Shown here piece by piece: positions 35,321 through 40,656 of a DNA stretch of 40,656 nucleotides. Below the pieces are notes generated by a model. It made no database searches. It was not told the DNA's origin and saw nothing but the letters and a program-made list of their open reading frames with translations. Positions within the stretch are counted from its first letter, which is position 1; each line of letters opens with the position of its first letter. The stretch lies in the sequence record SRR2962707_3849; one strand, 5' to 3'. A program made the position numbers and the translations under genes.

Positions 35321-36745
35321 ATGCCCAACTGGACGCAATTCTATATCGATGGCCAGTGGGTAACGCCGACATCCAGCGAACGCCTCGATGTCGCCGACCC
35401 TTCGACCGAGACGGCTTTCGCCCAGGTGGCCATCGGCAATTCCGATGATGTCGACAGGGCCGTCCGGGCTGCGCGGCGCGCGTTCCCGGACTTTGCCGCC
35501 TTCCCACTTGCCGAACGCATCGCCCTGATCGCGCGGATCAGGGATTTGTGCATCGCCCGGACGGACGATCTGGCCAGTGCCATCTCCAGGGAGATGGGGG
35601 CGACTTTGGGCTTTGCGCGCGATGTCCATGTTCCGGCCGGAATATCGCATCTCAGCGAAATCCTCCGCGTGCTGGAAACGTTCGACTTCGAGCGCAGCAA
35701 CGGCCGCACCCGCATCGTCAAGGAACCCATTGGGGTGTGCGGACTCATCACGCCCTGGAACTGGCCCTTGAACCAGACCCTGTGCAAGATCGCTCCAGCG
35801 CTCGCGGCGGGGTGCACCATGGTGCTCAAGCCCAGCGAGCGGTCTCCGGCCAGTGGCCTCATACTCGCAGAAATCATGGACGAGGCCGGAACGCCGCCGG
35901 GCGTGTTCAATCTGGTCAATGGCGACGGACCGGGGGTGGGATCGGCGATATCGGCCCACCCCGATATCGACATGGTCTCGTTCACCGGCTCCACGCGCGC
36001 CGGCGTTCTGGTATCCCAGACAGCAGCCCCAACGGTCAAGAAGGTGACCCTTGAGCTTGGCGGCAAAAGTGCCAACATCCTGCTCCCGGACGTGGATTTT
36101 CCCGACGCCGTCGCCAAGGCGGTGGCGCGTTGCTTCATCAACAATGGCCAGTCGTGCAACGCCCCGACGCGCCTGCTCGTCCCGCAAGAGCGGATCGATG
36201 AGGTTCTGGCCCATGCGCGTGCCGCTGCCGAAGCGGTGATCGTGGGCGATCCCGCCTCACCGTCCGCACAGGGTCCGTTGGCCAATCGCCCGCAATTTGA
36301 AAAAGTCCAGCAGATGATCGAACAGGCCGTCGCGGACGGGGCCACGCTTGTGTGCGGTGGTCCGGGACGCCCGCAGGGGCTCAATTGCGGCTATTATGCC
36401 CGCCCGACCGTGTTTCTGGCCACCCCCGACATGACTATCGCGAAGGAAGAGGTCTTCGGCCCCGTCCTGACAATCCTCACCTACACCGACATCGAGGACG
36501 CCGTGCGCATTGCCGAGGACACCGAATACGGGCTGGCGGCCTATGTCAGCGGACGCGACATCGAACAGGCGCGCCAAGTCGCCCGCCGGCTTCGCGCCGG
36601 CACCGTCCATGTCAATTATCCCGCGCGCGATCCCGCAGCTCCGTTCGGCGGATACAAGCGCTCGGGAATAGGCCGCGAATGGGGCGAGTTCGGACTTGAG
36701 GATTTCCTCGAGACCAAGGGCATCGTCGGATACGGGCACGCATGA
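35321..36745 (+). CDS. Aldehyde dehydrogenase
   Basis: ITPWNWP, KPSE, FTGST, LELGGKS, NGQSC, EEVFGPV and PFGGYKRSG. Confidence 0.95.
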   Translation: MPNWTQFYIDGQWVTPTSSERLDVADPSTETAFAQVAIGNSDDVDRAVRAARRAFPDFAAFPLAERIALIARIRDLCIARTDDLASAISREMGATLGFARDVHVPAGISHLSEILRVLETFDFERSNGRTRIVKEPIGVCGLITPWNWPLNQTLCKIAPALAAGCTMVLKPSERSPASGLILAEIMDEAGTPPGVFNLVNGDGPGVGSAISAHPDIDMVSFTGSTRAGVLVSQTAAPTVKKVTLELGGKSANILLPDVDFPDAVAKAVARCFINNGQSCNAPTRLLVPQERIDEVLAHARAAAEAVIVGDPASPSAQGPLANRPQFEKVQQMIEQAVADGATLVCGGPGRPQGLNCGYYARPTVFLATPDMTIAKEEVFGPVLTILTYTDIEDAVRIAEDTEYGLAAYVSGRDIEQARQVARRLRAGTVHVNYPARDPAAPFGGYKRSGIGREWGEFGLEDFLETKGIVGYGHA

Positions 36746-37968
36746 ACCGCCCATGGCGGGCTCGGAGCCGGACGCTTTCATCGCTCGCGGTGTTGCGCCA
36801 TCGCGGCTATGCTATTTTCGTATCGGGCAATTTCCTGTCCCTGACCGGCACCTGGATGCAGCGCATGGCATTGGCCTGGCTGATCTGGGAAATGACGGAA
36901 TCGACCTTCTGGCTCGGCCTCCTCTCGGCAGCGGACCTGCTGCCCGCCACCATTTTCACGCTGCTCGGCGGCGCGGCCGCCGACCGGGTGGACCGGTCTC
37001 GCCTCATCATCGCCTGCTATACCCTGGCGGCGGGCGTCGCGGCCACCTTCGCGATCCTTCAGGGAGCCGGCATGTTGCTGCCTGTCCCTCTGCTCGCGCT
37101 GACCTTCGCTCAGGGATCCGTTCAGTCCCTCGGTCATCCGGCGCGGCTGGCCATTCTGCAAGGGCTCGTCCCACCTGAAGAGGCGGCCAACGCCGTCTCC
37201 ATCGGCTCGACCACCGTCAACCTTGCACGGCTCTTCGGCCCGGCGCTTGGGGGGATCCTGATCTTTCATCTCGACGTGGTCTGGGTTTTCCTGGTCTGCG
37301 CGGCGCTGCAGGCCAGCGTGGTGTTTTCGCTGCTGGCCGTGCGTACGCCGCACGTGCCCCGCAGCCGATCATCGAGTTCTATATTTTCCGAAATCCGAGA
37401 TGGCGTCGTCGCCATATTCCGCATGAGCGGCGTGCGCTACGTCTTGTTTTATCTGCTGGCTTCGGGCGCGCTGTTGCGCTGCATGACGGAGATCATCCCC
37501 GCCTTTGCCGCCCGCAGTTTCGAGATCACCTCGGTAGGCCTTTCCATCCTCGCCTCGACCATGGCTATAGGTGCTGTGCTCGGTGCCCTGACGGCAGCAT
37601 CAGGGCCGGACACCAGCCTGTTGGTGCGCAGGATCATGGCAAACTGGATGGCGGCGGCACTCGTGGTCTGCGTTTTCGCGTTCGCCACGGCGCCGTGGGC
37701 CGCCATCGGATGCATGTTCGTCCTGGGCCTGTGCATGGTGCGCGGTATGATCCTGACCCAGACGTACGTTCAACTCTCTGTTCCCGATTCGATAAGGGGC
37801 CGGGCGCTTAGCGTTTTTTCCATCTGCTCGCGCGGCAGCCCATTGATTGGTGCTCTCGCAGTCGGAATTGCCGCCGATTTGATCGGATTGACCGTTCCCG
37901 TCCTTCTAAGTGGTGTCATAATATTCATTGCCGCACTTGCTGGATGGCTACAAACCAAACCGCGCTAA
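36742..37968 (+). CDS. MFS transporter (MFS_3-like)
   Basis: About 12 TM, GTWMQR.A..WL, GAAADRVDR and PDSIRGR; ATGA overlap with the aldehyde dehydrogenase. Confidence 0.9.
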   Translation: MNRPWRARSRTLSSLAVLRHRGYAIFVSGNFLSLTGTWMQRMALAWLIWEMTESTFWLGLLSAADLLPATIFTLLGGAAADRVDRSRLIIACYTLAAGVAATFAILQGAGMLLPVPLLALTFAQGSVQSLGHPARLAILQGLVPPEEAANAVSIGSTTVNLARLFGPALGGILIFHLDVVWVFLVCAALQASVVFSLLAVRTPHVPRSRSSSSIFSEIRDGVVAIFRMSGVRYVLFYLLASGALLRCMTEIIPAFAARSFEITSVGLSILASTMAIGAVLGALTAASGPDTSLLVRRIMANWMAAALVVCVFAFATAPWAAIGCMFVLGLCMVRGMILTQTYVQLSVPDSIRGRALSVFSICSRGSPLIGALAVGIAADLIGLTVPVLLSGVIIFIAALAGWLQTKPR

Positions 37969-38193
37969 CTCCAGGCACTTCTAGAAAAATGTTGGAGAGC
38001 AGCATCGGGTGACAATTGATGCTGAAGCCGATGATCATGCGTTGCGCCAACCATCCGAAGGCTCATCAGAGTATGAGCCGCAGTTTGCTTTAGCAGCCAT
38101 ATCTAAAAAACGCCGGTCGGCATCTGCCAGCTCTCGAGGTCAGGGCCAAGGAGCAGTTTCCCTCGTTCTGGCCGGGATGACAGGTCGATCACC

Positions 38194-38243
38194 TTGACAG
38201 CCCAGCGTGAGAGTGCAATTAGTTCGTCTACAGAACGAATTAA
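38194..38243 (+). promoter_or_regulatory. Sigma70-type promoter with overlapping ROK-family operator
   Basis: Consensus TTGACA at 38194-38199; 25-bp imperfect palindrome TTAGTTCGT-CTACAGA-ACGAATTAA at 38219-38243 covers the -10/+1 region. Confidence 0.7.
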
Positions 38244-38254
38244 GGTGACCGTTG

Positions 38255-39469
38255 ATGGGCGATGCCTCCAAAGTCTCTCGAAAGTTTTCCGAACGCACCA
38301 TCATGGAGGCAATCATCCAGGGCGGCCCGATCTCGCGGGCATCCATTTCCAAGCAGACGGGTCTGTCGAAACAAACGGTTTCTGAGATCGTCAGGCAGCT
38401 GGAACAGGAAGGCTGGGTGCAGGAAACCGGACGGAGCAGCGGGCATATCGGCCGGACAGCGGTGAACTACGAACTTGTCCCCAACGCCGCATTCCTGGCT
38501 GCGGTTGACCTCGGCGGCACCAAGCTGCGTGTGGCCATCCTTGATCTGTCCTGCCAGGTGCTGGCCGAAGAGGTCGAAGCGACCGATCCGCAAGGCGGCA
38601 ACGCCGTGGTCGAACAGATCGTCGCCCTGTGCTGGCGGATTGCCGATCGGACGGGGATCGCGCGTGACCGCATTCGACTGGCGGTCGTCGGCGTGCCCGG
38701 CGCGCCCGACAACAATACCGGCCGGGTGCTGATGGCACCCAATCTTGCAGGTTTCGACCGGATGGACGTGGCCGGAGCGCTGGAGCAAGCCCTCGGCATC
38801 AATGTCGTCCTCGAAAACGACGTCAACCTGGCGGTGATCGGCGAGAACTGGCAGGGCGTGGGGCAGAACATAGACAATCTCGCCTACATCGCCGTGGGAA
38901 CCGGTCTGGGCTGCGGGTTGCTGGTCGACGGCAAGCCGGTGCGCGGCGCCACCAATGCCGCGGGCGAACTGGGTTTCCTGCCGTTCGGGGCCGATCCTTT
39001 CGAGCCAGAATCCCAGCGCTCTGGCGCGCTCGAGCGCGTTGCGGCTTCTATCGGGATCATTGAACGTTACGCGCATCTTTCGGGCTTGCAGGCCAGCGTT
39101 CCGGTGATCTTTGAACGCGCCAACGCAGGCGACGAACACGCCGGGCAAGTGCTCGACGAAACAGCGAAATATCTGGCGCGCGGCGTCGTGGCTGTCGTGG
39201 CCATCGCCAATCCGCAAAAAGTCATCCTCGGCGGCTCGATAGGGTTGCGGGAGGAACTTCTGGACCGCGTGAGGCTTTTTTTGCCGGCCCTCTTTCCGCG
39301 GGCCATCGAAATCGAGAGGAGCCCGCTCGGCGCGCGCGCTGCGCTGATCGGCGCAGCGGCCATCGGCCTCGAGCATCTGCACAACACATTGTTCGGCACG
39401 GAAATGCTGGGCGGCCGCATCTCGCTGCCGCCGGCCGATAGCCTGGAACTGAAGGTCGCGGCAACATGA
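38255..39469 (+). CDS. ROK family transcriptional repressor (XylR/NagC-like)
   Basis: HTH GPISRA.I...TGLSKQTVS, GR, DLGGT, LENDVN, GTGLGCG and AGELG. Confidence 0.92.
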   Translation: MGDASKVSRKFSERTIMEAIIQGGPISRASISKQTGLSKQTVSEIVRQLEQEGWVQETGRSSGHIGRTAVNYELVPNAAFLAAVDLGGTKLRVAILDLSCQVLAEEVEATDPQGGNAVVEQIVALCWRIADRTGIARDRIRLAVVGVPGAPDNNTGRVLMAPNLAGFDRMDVAGALEQALGINVVLENDVNLAVIGENWQGVGQNIDNLAYIAVGTGLGCGLLVDGKPVRGATNAAGELGFLPFGADPFEPESQRSGALERVAASIGIIERYAHLSGLQASVPVIFERANAGDEHAGQVLDETAKYLARGVVAVVAIANPQKVILGGSIGLREELLDRVRLFLPALFPRAIEIERSPLGARAALIGAAAIGLEHLHNTLFGTEMLGGRISLPPADSLELKVAAT

Positions 39470-40656
39470 CCCTGCACGACAAAAACCTAAGTGACTTTCT
39501 CGACCGCGAAGGCGCGCTTTCGCTGTTGCGAAGCGCAATCGCGCGGCAGAGCATCACGGGCAATGAAGGTAATTTCGTTGCGCTACTAAAAGACGAAATG
39601 CTGGCGAGAGATCTGTCCGATCTCGGCTCGGCAGAATTCATGCCTGGGCGTCCCAACATATGGGGCACGCGCAAGGGCAAGGGCGGTGGTCCGAAACTGC
39701 TCTTTATCGGGCACACTGACACTGTCCATGTGGATGGCTGGCGTGAGCACTGGGCCGGCGACGAGCGCGAAGACCCGTTCGGCGCGCCGATCATCGACGG
39801 CGAAATCTGGGGCCGCGGTGCGGGCGACCTCAAGGCGGGCATCTGCACGTCGCTCTCCGCCCTGTCATTGCTCGACAGTGCCGGCATCGCGCTCAAGGGT
39901 GACGTCAACTTTGCCTTTGTCGGTGACGAGGAAAGCGGCCAGCCGGGGAGCGGGGTTTCGGCCGGGATCAAGCATTATGTCGAGAAGATCGAGACCGGCG
40001 AAATCGACCGGCCCGATTTCGTTGTCTATGTCGAACCGACCCGGCTCGCCATCTATCCCGCCCAGATTGGCTTTTTCATTGCCGATATCAGCGTCGCCGG
40101 GAAATCAGCCTATTTCGGCGTGCCCGAGCTGGGCCACGACGCACTCAAGGCCAGCCACAAGATCATGAGCGCGCTCTGGGCCCATTCCGACGCGGTCTCG
40201 GCGCGCGCCAGCCACGACCTGATCGGCGAGGGGTTCCTGCTGATCACGACGCTCAATGGCGGCGGCTATATAGCGGTGCCTGAGCAGTGCACGCTTTCGC
40301 TGATCCGCAAATTGCTGCCCGGTGAATCGCTCGACGAGGCGGCAGCCGAGATCGAGGCGGCCGTACGCGGTGCTGTCGACGACCCCAACATCAACATTGA
40401 AATCAGTTACCCCGCGGGGCGCGACCATGCGCTTGGCGGGGAGGCCAGCGAGATCGACCGCGGCCATCCGGCGCTTGCGCAATTGCAGTCGGCGATTGGC
40501 AGCGCAATGGCTGGCCGGGGGGCGCTCGAGGGGGCGCCGTTCTGGTCGGAAAAGTCGTTCTTTACCAACCGCCTCGGGATACCGGCCGTCTATTGCGCCC
40601 CCGGGGACATCCGCAACTGCCACACGTTCGAGGAGCGCGTCAGCGTCGAGGAATAT
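39466..40656 (+). CDS. M20 family (ArgE/DapE-like) peptidase/deacylase, truncated by the window end
   Basis: Manual translation from ATG 39466: GRPNI, IGHTDTV, GRGAGDLKAG, DEESG, VEPT and PGDIRNCHTFEE; frame stays open to the edge. Confidence 0.88.
   Translation, partial: MTLHDKNLSDFLDREGALSLLRSAIARQSITGNEGNFVALLKDEMLARDLSDLGSAEFMPGRPNIWGTRKGKGGGPKLLFIGHTDTVHVDGWREHWAGDEREDPFGAPIIDGEIWGRGAGDLKAGICTSLSALSLLDSAGIALKGDVNFAFVGDEESGQPGSGVSAGIKHYVEKIETGEIDRPDFVVYVEPTRLAIYPAQIGFFIADISVAGKSAYFGVPELGHDALKASHKIMSALWAHSDAVSARASHDLIGEGFLLITTLNGGGYIAVPEQCTLSLIRKLLPGESLDEAAAEIEAAVRGAVDDPNINIEISYPAGRDHALGGEASEIDRGHPALAQLQSAIGSAMAGRGALEGAPFWSEKSFFTNRLGIPAVYCAPGDIRNCHTFEERVSVEEY

Noticed and set aside
37969-38190. 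Possible island boundary, IS remnant or sRNA; small hairpins at 38000-38024 and 38060-38079
   Set aside because: No transposase or integrase fragment, tRNA or flanking direct repeat found; 7-bp stems are too weak on their own.
1-40656. CRISPR arrays, tandem repeat arrays, tRNA/rRNA, phage or defence genes
   Set aside because: Intergenic spaces are short (under about 400 nt) and show no regularly spaced repeats or RNA-gene signatures; every CDS is metabolic, transport or regulatory.

Overview
GC-rich bacterial window, probably alphaproteobacterial (inferred from gene style and promoters), almost entirely filled by a catabolic island of about 36 CDS. I see no rRNA, tRNA, CRISPR array or mobile element. 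Left module (1-18.8 kb, mostly minus strand): a ThDP enzyme (partial), an HpcH/HpaI aldolase, a clear LigJ-type 4-oxalomesaconate hydratase, a canonical TctCBA tripartite tricarboxylate transporter (TTT), three 4,5-dihydroxyphthalate-decarboxylase-like paralogs, two LigI-like amidohydrolases, two LysR regulators (one with a doubled HTH), a TctC plus fused TctA-TctB, an MFS and an esterase-like protein. Right module (19-38 kb): an orphan substrate-binding protein, a second TctA-TctB fusion, three translationally coupled metallo-beta-lactamase (MBL)-fold genes, two more TctC, an M24-fold enzyme, a CrgA-type LysR, an alpha/beta hydrolase, a luciferase-like monooxygenase, a ThDP enzyme, a flavin reductase, an SDR, a racemase-fold protein, an aldehyde dehydrogenase and an MFS. 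Four promoters in the right module share a LysR-type box exactly 46 nt from a candidate -10 element, which suggests one regulon. Several enzymes have substitutions at canonical catalytic residues, pointing to repurposed chemistry on an unidentified substrate. The window ends with a ROK repressor carrying a XylR-like operator and a partial M20 peptidase. All family calls come from motif recognition; no database search was run.
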